From the NCBI RefSeq assembly GCF_000025685.1, contig NC_013967.1, forward strand, positions 1,830,001 through 1,862,000: a stretch of 32,000 nucleotides of DNA. Reading direction: 5' to 3'. Source of the stretch: Haloferax volcanii DS2 (GTDB taxonomy: Archaea; Halobacteriota; Halobacteria; Halobacteriales; Haloferacaceae). Made by a program: the position numbers and the translations under genes. The notes under the pieces are model-generated. The model ran no database searches and was not told the origin of the DNA. It saw nothing but the letters and a program-made list of their open reading frames with translations. Positions within the stretch are counted from its first letter, which is position 1. Every line of letters starts with the position of its first letter. Shown one piece after another: positions 1 to 7,330 of this stretch.

Positions 1-373
1 CGACCTCGGGGATGACGAAGCCGTGGATGTGCTCGACCGCCCCGCGCTCGGGGTCGGTGATGTCGAGCATGTGCTGGAAGCCCTGATATCGGGTCTCGGG
101 GCTGTCGCGGTGCCAGACCATCCGGGGGTGAATCTCGCCCGGGAACTCCGCGCCCTGTTCGGAGATGACTTCGACGATGTTCTCGGCTCCCTCGTCGCGC
201 ATCGACGGCGCGGTGGCGTCCTCGTTGTCGGGGACCCACACGTCGGGCGCTTGCATCCCGCGGAGGCCGGCCGCCCGTCGGAGCATCTTCGCGGAGTCGT
301 CTTCGCCCTCGACGGCCGTCGGCGAGGTGAAGAACGTCCGCACGAACTCCCTGTCGTGTCTGCGCTCAGTCAT
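1..373 (-). CDS. aceB: Malate synthase, haloarchaeal AceB type. Only the N-terminal ~124 codons are present; the gene runs off the left edge.
   Basis: Own minus-strand translation from ATG (373-371): [124 protein letters not shown]. It is acidic and GC3-rich, and I recognise it from memory as the Haloferax malate synthase N-terminus. The start overlaps the aceA stop by 8 nt. It is absent from the ORF track because the window truncates it. Confidence 0.85.
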   Translation of the reverse strand, partial: MTERRHDREFVRTFFTSPTAVEGEDDSAKMLRRAAGLRGMQAPDVWVPDNEDATAPSMRDEGAENIVEVISEQGAEFPGEIHPRMVWHRDSPETRYQGFQHMLDITDPERGAVEHIHGFVIPEV

Positions 374-1403
374 CGTCGTTGCTCGTGATGGGGTCGGCCT
401 GCTCCTCGCTGAACCCTTCGGACTCCTCGATGCGGCGGCGCGCCTCGGGGTCGAACTCCGTCTCGATGTCCTGGTACCGCGAGACGAACGACAGCTCGTG
501 GTGGCTCTCGGTCGGGTGGTCGAGGTAGCGCTGTTCGAGGTCGAACTGGCCTTCCTCGTCCTGTTCGGCGAGCTTCTTGAAGTCCTCGTAGACGGCGTGC
601 GCGCCCGAGTGGAGGCCGAACAGCGTGATGAAGATGTACTTGTAGCCGAGGTCGCCCAGCTCTTGGAACGTCAACGGGTCCTCCTCTTCGGACCACGCGA
701 ACGACGACGAGTAGTTGAACGCGAGCTTCAGGTCCGGATGCGTCTCGTGAATCTCCTCGGCGTAGGCGACGGCGTCCTCGCGCGAGGGGTTCGGCATCTC
801 GGGCCAGACGATGTCGACGCCGGCGTCGGCGTAGATGCGGCCGCGCTCGACGTGCTCGTCCCAGTCTCCGTTCGAAGAGCCGTAGGCGTCGGTGCGGGCG
901 ATGACGACCGTGTCCTCCGACTGCTTGGCGTCGACGGCGGCCTCGAAGCGAGCCTTGGCCTTCTCGCGGGAGACGATTTGCTTGCCCGCGATGTGGCCGC
1001 AGCGCTTGGGCGTCGTCTGGTCTTCGATGTGGACGGCGGCGACGCCGGCCTTCTCGTACTCGCGGACGGCGCGGCGGACGTTGTGGATGCCGCCGTAGCC
1101 CGTGTCGCAGTCGGCGATGACCGGCAAGTTCGTCGCCTCGACCATGCGCTTTGCGTTCTCGACCATCTCGGTCATCGTGACCATCTCCAGGTCGGGGAAG
1201 CCGAACTGCCCGAGGACGGTCGAGTAGCCGGACATGTAGGCGGCGTCGTGGCCCGTCATCTCGGCGAGGCGGGCGTCGAGCGCGTGGTACATGCCGGGGG
1301 CGAACACGAAGTCCTGCGTGTTCAGCATCTCCCGCAGTTCGCGGGCCTTCTGGTTGTCAACATCCTGTGCGAAGACGTCGCTGTCGAGTTCGGTCGGATT
1401 CAT
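366..1403 (-). CDS. aceA: Isocitrate lyase (isocitrate lyase/PEP mutase superfamily)
   Basis: ORF 366-1787(-) trimmed to the internal ATG at 1403-1401 ([27 protein letters not shown]...). The catalytic K-R-C-G-H motif is present ([12 protein letters not shown]) and aceB lies directly downstream. The 128 upstream codons of the ORF are Arg/Pro/His-rich and overlap another frame, so they are not counted as coding. Confidence 0.9.
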   Translation of the reverse strand: MNPTELDSDVFAQDVDNQKARELREMLNTQDFVFAPGMYHALDARLAEMTGHDAAYMSGYSTVLGQFGFPDLEMVTMTEMVENAKRMVEATNLPVIADCDTGYGGIHNVRRAVREYEKAGVAAVHIEDQTTPKRCGHIAGKQIVSREKAKARFEAAVDAKQSEDTVVIARTDAYGSSNGDWDEHVERGRIYADAGVDIVWPEMPNPSREDAVAYAEEIHETHPDLKLAFNYSSSFAWSEEEDPLTFQELGDLGYKYIFITLFGLHSGAHAVYEDFKKLAEQDEEGQFDLEQRYLDHPTESHHELSFVSRYQDIETEFDPEARRRIEESEGFSEEQADPITSNDDD

Positions 1404-1537
1404 TGGGTGTCGGTGGACTGCATCGTTCGCTCGATGCGGTTCAGTTGGGCGCGGAGCGCGGCGAGTTCGCGCCGAATCGTCGTCATCTCGTCGTCCTCGC
1501 CCGGCCGCTGGATGAAGGGGACGAGCGGCGCGTCCAT
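1400..1537 (-). CDS. Candidate 45-aa leader or small protein translationally coupled to aceA
   Basis: Part of ORF 1400-1654(-). ATG at 1537-1535 gives [45 protein letters not shown], with an acidic N-part and an amphipathic heptad-like helix. Its TGA overlaps the aceA ATG (ATGA at 1400-1403). The longer version from ATG 1654 adds a Thr/Arg-rich stretch of doubtful coding quality. No homologue recognised. Confidence 0.35.
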   Translation of the reverse strand: MDAPLVPFIQRPGEDDEMTTIRRELAALRAQLNRIERTMQSTDTQ

Positions 1538-1780
1538 GTTCTCCTCGTTGTTGGGGTAGCGCCGCACGGCGGGGGGACGAGTCGGCGTCGAGCGAGCGGT
1601 GGTCGGCGTGCGGGTCGTCGTGTCGGTTCGGGTCGTGTTGTCGCGGTTTGTCATCGGTTACGTTGGTGAGGTCGGCGGTCGGTAGCGGTCGGTTCGTATC
1701 GCGGTCGTCGAGCGGTTGGACGCGTGGTGTGCTGCGGATACTACCATCGGATGTCTCCTCACCCGGTTCGACTGCCGAGT

Positions 1781-1860
1781 CGTACAAATAGTTAATGATT
1801 GATAATGATAATATTAGCCAATGACTTAATTCTGTACGAACGAATATAAGGCCCTAATTT
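1781..1860. promoter_or_regulatory. AT-rich divergent control region between the ace operon (-) and the ABC transporter (+)
   Basis: About 29% G+C by hand count over 80 nt in a ~66% GC context. Inverted repeat CGTACA (1781-1786) / TGTACG (1833-1838). AATGA(T/C) occurs three times (1794-1799, 1804-1809, 1820-1825). Several TATA-like runs are present (TGATAATGATAATATTA, CGAATATAAG). Confidence 0.5.
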
Positions 1861-1999
1861 GACACGCGGTAACACACTATCCGTTTCGCAGGGTCAGAGC
1901 GTCGTCGGCTCCACCCGGCGACCGGGCGTGCCACGCCGTGACGGGGCGTTCCGCGGACACTACGCTTAATCGCGTCCACGACCGACGACGCACCAACGA

Positions 2000-2953
2000 A
2001 TGGCATCTGCGATTGAGATACGCGACTTGACGAAGTCCTACGGCGACGTCCGCGCCCTCGACGGCGTCGATCTCGACGTTCCCGAGGGGTCGTTCTTCGG
2101 GCTGTTGGGGCCGAACGGGGCGGGGAAGACGACGTTCATCAACATCCTCGTCGGTCTCGTTCGCAAGACCGGCGGTGAGGCGAGCGTCTTCGGCTACGAC
2201 GTGGAAGACGACTACCGCGAGGCCCGCGACCGCATCGGCCTCGCACCGCAGGAGTTCAACGTGGACCGCTTTTTCCCCATCCGCGAAGTGCTCGAACACA
2301 AGGCGGGCTACCACGGAATTCCGCACGACGAGGCCGCAGAGCGCGCCGACGAGGTGCTCAAGCGCGTCGGCATCTACGACAAGCGCGACACCCGCTTCGA
2401 CTGGCTCTCCGGCGGGATGAAACGCCGGTTCATGCTCGCGCGGGCGCTCATCACCGACCCCGACCTGCTCATCCTCGACGAGCCAACCGCCGGGGTCGAC
2501 GTGCAACTGCGCCACGAACTCTGGGAGACCATCGTCGACCTCAACGACAGCGGGACGACCATCCTCCTTACGACCCACTACATCGAGGAGGCCGAACGCC
2601 TCTGCGACGAGGTCGCCATCCTCGACTCCGGGTCCGTCGTCGAGGTCGCCAGCCCCGAGGAACTGATGGACCGCGGCACCGACGACATCGTCGTCCAACT
2701 CCGCGACCCGCCGACCGCAGTCCCCGACTTCGCGGCCGACGACGACCGCGTCGAGGCCGTCGAACTCGACGGCACCCGCCTCGTCGTGACGGCCCAGCAG
2801 GGCGGTCTCGTCGCCCCCGACGTGGTGCAGGCGCTCGACCGGCAGGGCCACGAACTCGTCGACCTCGAAATCTCGCGCACGTCGCTCGAAGAGGTGTTCG
2901 TCGAGATGACGAGACAGGGCGAGGGCCGCGCCACCGCGGAGGTCGAGCAATGA
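2000..2953 (+). CDS. ABC transporter ATP-binding protein (ABC-2/DrrA-NatA-like exporter subfamily)
   Basis: Walker A GPNGAGKTT, signature LSGGMKRR and Walker B LLILDEPTAGVD. The stop overlaps the permease start (ATGA at 2950-2953). Confidence 0.9.
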   Translation: MASAIEIRDLTKSYGDVRALDGVDLDVPEGSFFGLLGPNGAGKTTFINILVGLVRKTGGEASVFGYDVEDDYREARDRIGLAPQEFNVDRFFPIREVLEHKAGYHGIPHDEAAERADEVLKRVGIYDKRDTRFDWLSGGMKRRFMLARALITDPDLLILDEPTAGVDVQLRHELWETIVDLNDSGTTILLTTHYIEEAERLCDEVAILDSGSVVEVASPEELMDRGTDDIVVQLRDPPTAVPDFAADDDRVEAVELDGTRLVVTAQQGGLVAPDVVQALDRQGHELVDLEISRTSLEEVFVEMTRQGEGRATAEVEQ

Positions 2954-3735
2954 GCCTCACGAGTCTCACGAGCCTCGACGTGACCGGCTTTTACGCCCTG
3001 CTTCGCCGCGAGATCCTCCGGTTCGTCCGCCGCCCGCGCAACACGTTCGTCCCGCCGTTTATCACGAACGTGCTGTACTTCTCCGTGTTCGGCGTCATCC
3101 TCGGCGAGCGCATCAACGAAATCGCGGGCGTCCCGTACATCCTGTTTATCCTCCCCGGGCTCATCGTCCTCGGGGCCGTCTCCAACGCCTTCGAGAACGC
3201 CTCTTTCTCTATCTTCCACGGCCGCTGGAACCGCTACATCGAGGAGGCGCTCACCTCGCCGCTGTCGTACACCTCGATGGTCGGCGCGTACGTCCTCTCC
3301 AGTGCGACCCGCGGGGTGCTCGTCGGCGCGCTCGTCGCCCTCATCGGGGCGTTCTTCACGTCCGTCGGCGTCGCCCAACCGTTCTACCTCGTCGCGTTCA
3401 TACTCGTCATCACCCTGCTGTTCGCGGGCCTCGGCGTGGTCGGCGGCCTCTGGGCCGACGACTTCGACGACCTGACGATGATGAACCAGTTCATCCTCCG
3501 GCCGCTGGTGTTCTTCGGCGGCGTCTTCTACTCGCTCAACGAGATTCCCGCGACCTTCCAGCAGGCGTCGCTGCTCAACCCGATGATATACATGGTCAAC
3601 GGCGTCCGCTACGGCTTCCTCGGCGTCACCGAGGTGGACCCGAACCTCTCGCTCGGCGTGCTGACGGCGCTCACGCTCGGGGTCGTCGGTCTCAACGTCG
3701 TGCTGTTCCGGCGCGGCTACGGACTGACCGACTGA
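2950..3735 (+). CDS. ABC-2 type transporter permease
   Basis: 261-aa hydrophobic protein with about 6 predicted TM segments, translationally coupled to the ATPase. The length and layout are typical of ABC-2 permeases. Confidence 0.85.
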   Translation: MSLTSLTSLDVTGFYALLRREILRFVRRPRNTFVPPFITNVLYFSVFGVILGERINEIAGVPYILFILPGLIVLGAVSNAFENASFSIFHGRWNRYIEEALTSPLSYTSMVGAYVLSSATRGVLVGALVALIGAFFTSVGVAQPFYLVAFILVITLLFAGLGVVGGLWADDFDDLTMMNQFILRPLVFFGGVFYSLNEIPATFQQASLLNPMIYMVNGVRYGFLGVTEVDPNLSLGVLTALTLGVVGLNVVLFRRGYGLTD

Positions 3736-3827
3736 GGCCGGGCGACCGTCATCGACCGTCTCCGGTGACGGCCCGCCGTAGTCGGCTCATTTCGCCCCGC
3801 CGCCTCGCGTTCTTGTCTGAACAAATG

Positions 3828-3852
3828 TCTTTTACTATGACAAGTATTTTCA
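3828..3852 (+). promoter_or_regulatory. TATA-like promoter element upstream of sppA
   Basis: AT-rich TCTTTTACTATGACAAGTATTTTCA lies 30-50 nt upstream of ATG 3881 in otherwise GC-rich DNA. Confidence 0.4.
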
Positions 3853-3880
3853 CAGCCGCTCTAGAAGTCACGTCCGAAGC

Positions 3881-4780
3881 ATGGTATCAAAACCCTCCTC
3901 CGCGGCGTCGGCGCGGACCGTCTCGGTCCTCGCCCTCGTCGCGGCCGTCCTGGTTGGAGCATTCCTCGCCCCCGTCGTCTACGACGCGGCCGCGCCCACC
4001 CCCGACAGGGTCGCGGTCATCTCGGTCGACGGGACCATCACCTCCTACACAGCTGACCAGCTGGAAGAGGACCTCCACGAAGCGCGAGAGAACGAATCGA
4101 TAAAGGCGGTCGTCCTGCAGGTCGACAGCCCCGGCGGCTCCGCGGCCGCGTCCGAGCAGATGTATCTGGCGGTCAACCGGACCGCCCAAGAGATGCCCGT
4201 CGTTTCGAGCGTCGAAGGAACGGGCGCGTCGGGCGCGTACTACACGATGCTTCCCTCCGAGAGCATCTACGTGACGCCCTCCTCGGTCATCGGGAGCGTC
4301 GGCGTCCGCGGGTCGGCCCCCATCGGCGGCTCGTCCAACGAGATTCGCACCGGACCGGACAAGGCGTCGATGACCCTCGACCACCGCGAAGCACAGATTG
4401 AGACGCTGAAGCACGCCTTCGTCGGTAGCGTCATGGAGCACCGCGGCGACGAGCTCTCGCTGTCGCGCGAAGAGGTCGCCTACGCGAAGGTCTACACCGG
4501 CGCTCGCGCCACGCAGAACGGCTACGCCGACGACATCGGCACGCTCCAGACGGCCATCGACCGCGCCGCCTCCGAGGCCGGCCTCGAAAACTACGAGGTC
4601 GTCGAGAAGGAGCCGTCGACCCGCTCGGGAATCATCCTTCTCAGCTCGCAGAACGGCAACTCGACGGTCGTCGTCGAAGAGAGTCCCATCGGCTACGACG
4701 GCGTTCGCGCGCCGCAGTTCCTGATGGTGTACGGACAGGTGCAGTACGAAGACGAGGTGATCGGCAATGTCTCAGCGTAA
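3881..4780 (+). CDS. sppA: Signal peptide peptidase SppA (S49 family, 36K type), N-terminally membrane-anchored
   Basis: N-terminal TM segment (VSVLALVAAVLVGAFLAPVV). S49 motifs VLQVDSPGGS and GASGAYY, plus a downstream conserved Lys region. From memory this corresponds to the annotated Haloferax SppA. Confidence 0.85.
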   Translation: MVSKPSSAASARTVSVLALVAAVLVGAFLAPVVYDAAAPTPDRVAVISVDGTITSYTADQLEEDLHEARENESIKAVVLQVDSPGGSAAASEQMYLAVNRTAQEMPVVSSVEGTGASGAYYTMLPSESIYVTPSSVIGSVGVRGSAPIGGSSNEIRTGPDKASMTLDHREAQIETLKHAFVGSVMEHRGDELSLSREEVAYAKVYTGARATQNGYADDIGTLQTAIDRAASEAGLENYEVVEKEPSTRSGIILLSSQNGNSTVVVEESPIGYDGVRAPQFLMVYGQVQYEDEVIGNVSA

Positions 4781-5816
4781 CTTACTCGGCGGGACGGTCG
4801 TCTTCGCGGTCGCACTCGGCCTCATTCTGGTCGGGGCCGCGGTGGCACCCTACGCCGTCCAACTCGGCGGCAGCGACTCGGCAGACACCCAGAACGCCGC
4901 GAAACAGGCGTTCGACGCGGACGAACTCGTCGCCACGCCCGGCCCCGAATCGGGCGAGGTGACGATGGACTCCAACGCCGCGTCGAAGACCGTCCTCATC
5001 GACGTCGGCCACGGCAACGACGTGAGCGAGTCCGACGTGCAACCGCTCGTCGACGCGCTCGTCGCCAACGGCCATCAGGTGAAGTACCTCACCCGCGAGG
5101 ACGCCCAGCGGAACTTCAACGGCTCGCTCCGGAAGGCCGACGCCTTCGTCGTCGTCAACCCCGAACAGCCGTACACCGGCGGCCAACTCGCCGGCCTGCG
5201 GTCGTTCGAGGACGCCGGCGGCCGCGTCGCCCTCCTCGGGGATCCGCAGTCCGCGGGCACGACGAGCATCCTCGGTCTCATCACCGTCTCGGTGTCGTCC
5301 GGGACCACCGGCGGCGACGCCGGACTGACCTCCGACTACGGGGTCTCGTTCGGCTCCACGTCGCTGTACAACATGCACGACTACTACCTCAACTACGAGA
5401 ACGTCTACGCCACGCCGGAGGGCGACACCGCCCTGACCGAGGGCGTCGACGAGGTCGTGTTCCGCGACGCCGCGCCGCTTTCGATTTCGGCCGACAGCGT
5501 CTCGCCGGCGCTCGTCTCCGGCGGCGAGACCCGCGTCGAGTCGATTCGTAAGTCCGGTCCGTACACGGTTGCCGCCCAGAGCGAGACGGTCGTCGCCATC
5601 GGCGACGCCGACTTCCTCACGCCCGAGTCGGCCTACGAGGCCGACAACGAGGTGCTCGTCGGCAACCTCGCGGACTTCCTCGTCTCCGGCGACAAGGAGT
5701 CCGGTGCGCCCGCTCCGGCCACGCCCGAATCCGGCGCCCCGGGTCCGGGCGGTTCAGCGTCCGGTCCGGCACCGGGTTCAGCACCCACCCAGGGAACCAC
5801 GCCGACCTCGGCGTAA
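4767..5816 (+). CDS. Membrane-anchored DUF4350/GldG-like (ABC-transporter-auxiliary-type) domain protein with a Pro/Gly/Ser/Thr/Ala-rich C-terminal tail
   Basis: The ATG at 4767 overlaps the sppA 3' end by 14 nt. There is one N-terminal TM segment. The core [11 protein letters not shown]...[37 protein letters not shown] resembles DUF4350/GldG N-domains (assigned from memory; needs an HMM check). The tail is [37 protein letters not shown]. Confidence 0.6.
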   Translation: MSQRNLLGGTVVFAVALGLILVGAAVAPYAVQLGGSDSADTQNAAKQAFDADELVATPGPESGEVTMDSNAASKTVLIDVGHGNDVSESDVQPLVDALVANGHQVKYLTREDAQRNFNGSLRKADAFVVVNPEQPYTGGQLAGLRSFEDAGGRVALLGDPQSAGTTSILGLITVSVSSGTTGGDAGLTSDYGVSFGSTSLYNMHDYYLNYENVYATPEGDTALTEGVDEVVFRDAAPLSISADSVSPALVSGGETRVESIRKSGPYTVAAQSETVVAIGDADFLTPESAYEADNEVLVGNLADFLVSGDKESGAPAPATPESGAPGPGGSASGPAPGSAPTQGTTPTSA

Positions 5817-6030
5817 CCGAGTCGCACCGACGCGACTGACACCACCCATCGACGACGCGACCGAAGCCGGACCCCCGGTTTCGACGCGCCCCGTTCGTTT
5901 CTTTCGAGGCTCAGTCTCCGCGCCTCCGAGCGACGGCTCCCGGCCTCGCCGGGCGTCTTCGCCGCCGTCGCCCCTTGTCGCTCGCCCGCGAGTGGACACC
6001 GATAAGGCCCCCACGCGCCGAGTCGGACGC

Positions 6031-6627
6031 ATGCGCCAATTCATCGTCACCGGCCACGACGCGCCGACGACGCCCGACTTCTCGCTCGACGACATCGCGG
6101 GCGGGGCCGGCCGACTCGACGTACTCTGTCGCTGTGTCAACTCCGCGTTCTTCCTCTCGCACGACATCCGCGAGGACGTTCGGGTTCATCTCGTCCTCGG
6201 CGACGAGTACACCGTCCGCTTCGAAGGCTCGGAACTCCGTCGGCTCAACCCCGACGAGCGCTCCACCGCTGCCCTGATTCGCAAGGCGCTGGAGAAGCGC
6301 GAGGAGGCCATCGGCCACATGCCCGCCGAGTCGTCGCCGGGTGTCTCTATCCGCCGGATGGGCTTCGAGACGACGCTGGAAGAGGCCGCCAGCGACGCGA
6401 CCGTGGTCGAACTCCACGAGGACGGCGACCCCGTGGTTCAGGTCGAACCGCCCGAAAACCCGCTTTTCGTCCTCTCGGACCACCACGACTTCACCGACGA
6501 GGAAGCCGAGTTGCTGGCGGCCGCCGCCGACGAGCGGGTCCGCCTCGGCCCCGAAATCCTCCACGCCGACCACTCGATTACGGTCGCGCACAACTACCTC
6601 GACACGGCGGGCTATTCGCGGTACTGA
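6031..6627 (+). CDS. trmY: tRNA (pseudouridine54-N1)-methyltransferase TrmY (SPOUT, DUF358/COG1901)
   Basis: ORF 5569-6627 trimmed to ATG 6031 ([49 protein letters not shown]...). I recognise it as the COG1901 SPOUT family. The upstream part of the ORF is Pro/Arg-rich non-coding-like sequence. Confidence 0.85.
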   Translation: MRQFIVTGHDAPTTPDFSLDDIAGGAGRLDVLCRCVNSAFFLSHDIREDVRVHLVLGDEYTVRFEGSELRRLNPDERSTAALIRKALEKREEAIGHMPAESSPGVSIRRMGFETTLEEAASDATVVELHEDGDPVVQVEPPENPLFVLSDHHDFTDEEAELLAAAADERVRLGPEILHADHSITVAHNYLDTAGYSRY

Positions 6628-6678
6628 GTCGGGGTCGGCGGTGTGCCACGGCGTCTGACGGTGGCCCGCAATCACAAC

Positions 6679-6688
6679 TGTTAAACGC
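6679..6688 (+). promoter_or_regulatory. TATA-like box for tRNA-Pro
   Basis: CTGTTAAACG is centred about 28 nt upstream of the tRNA 5' end (6712). Confidence 0.4.
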
Positions 6689-6711
6689 GACGGTGGCTTG
6701 CCTCAAAATGC

Positions 6712-6784
6712 GGGCCGGTGGGGTAGCTTGGTATCCTTCGGCCTTCGGGTGGCCGTAACCTCAGTTCGAATCTGAGCCGGCCCA
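6712..6784 (+). tRNA. tRNA-Pro (anticodon CGG), 73 nt, CCA not encoded
   Basis: Hand fold. Acceptor GGGCCGG/CCGGCCC with discriminator A. Anticodon stem CGGCC/GGCCG (6739-6743/6751-6755) with loop TTCGGGT, anticodon CGG at 6746-6748. T-arm CTCAG-TTCGAAT-CTGAG. The D-arm has GG in its loop, but its exact pairing and the position-26 spacing are slightly irregular in my fold. Confidence 0.85.
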
Positions 6785-7140
6785 TATTCTCCCCACCTTT
6801 CACGACCCGCGAGCGATAGCGAGTGGTCTGAAAGGTGTGGGCGATTTCACCCGGTGAAGATTCGAATCAAGGAACGAACGAAGTGAGTGACCGTGGTTCA
6901 CGCGAGCACAGCGAGCGTGAAGGGGCGAGACGACGTCTCGCTGGATTCGAATCTGAGCCGTACTCGCGAACGAAGTGAGCGGGTGCCTGTGACGAGCGAA
7001 GCGAGTCACAGTGGCCCATCTCTACCCCTTTCAACGCCAACGAGCACCGCGTAGCGTGTGCGAGTCCCCCCGAAACGGTTGTCTGGGTGACTGAAGATTC
7101 GAACGTCCGAGCGACAGCGAGGGAAGTTCGAATCTGAGAC
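6785..7140. repeat. Non-coding cluster of GC hairpins with a conserved (AGCGA)x2 loop, interleaved with partial copies of the tRNA-Pro 3' half
   Basis: Hairpins at 6793-6840, 6897-6921, 6987-7011 and 7101-7129. TTCGAATCTGAGCCG from the tRNA (6765-6779) is repeated at 6946-6960 and GTTCGAATCTGAG at 7126-7138. TGAAGATTCGAA occurs at 6855-6866 and 7092-7103, and CGAACGAAGTGAG at 6875-6887 and 6967-6979. Only implausible ORFs cover the region. Confidence 0.75.
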
Positions 7141-7301
7141 GGCATCTTCACGGACAACCTACCTGAGTTTTGGACAGTCGTTGCAAACGGGCGGAACCAC
7201 CGACACGGCCGCCGTTTCGACACCGACGAATCCACGGTGTCTCCGACGACTAAACGACCACTGGCAGTCGTGACCCCGCTGTCGCCCGAGAACCGAAGCA
7301 A

Positions 7302-7313
7302 TTATCTATTTTA
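7302..7313 (+). promoter_or_regulatory. TATA box for the substrate-binding protein gene (leaderless or near-leaderless)
   Basis: TTATCTATTTTA lies 18-29 nt upstream of ATG 7331. Confidence 0.45.
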
Positions 7314-7330
7314 GGTGGGCCTAAAAAACT

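Noticed and set aside
165-1559. 464-aa plus-strand ORF (and the 121-aa ORF at 23-388) across the ace genes
   Set aside because: It is antisense to aceA/aceB, which have unmistakable motifs. The product is a V/R/G/L/E/D low-complexity sequence typical of the reverse frame of a GC3-rich gene.
1404-1787. 128-codon N-terminal extension of the aceA ORF (TTG start at 1787)
   Set aside because: The extension is Arg/Pro/His-rich and unlike the acidic mature enzyme. It overlaps the better small ORF in another frame. The family N-terminus begins at MNPTELD.
5569-6030. N-terminal extension of the trmY ORF (352-aa version)
   Set aside because: It is Pro/Arg/Ser-rich nonsense that overlaps the 3' end of the DUF4350-like gene. 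The SPOUT domain begins at ATG 6031.
6940-7020. A second tRNA, possibly intron-containing, suggested by the exact TTCGAATCTGAGCCG copy
   Set aside because: The sequence 5' of the T-loop copy (GCTGGA) cannot pair with CTGAG. No acceptor, D or anticodon arms can be drawn. The third copy at 7126 fails in the same way.
6785-7140. CRISPR array
   Set aside because: The repeats are hairpins with different stems and irregular spacing (~80-110 nt). There is no constant direct repeat, no spacer periodicity, and no cas genes in the window.
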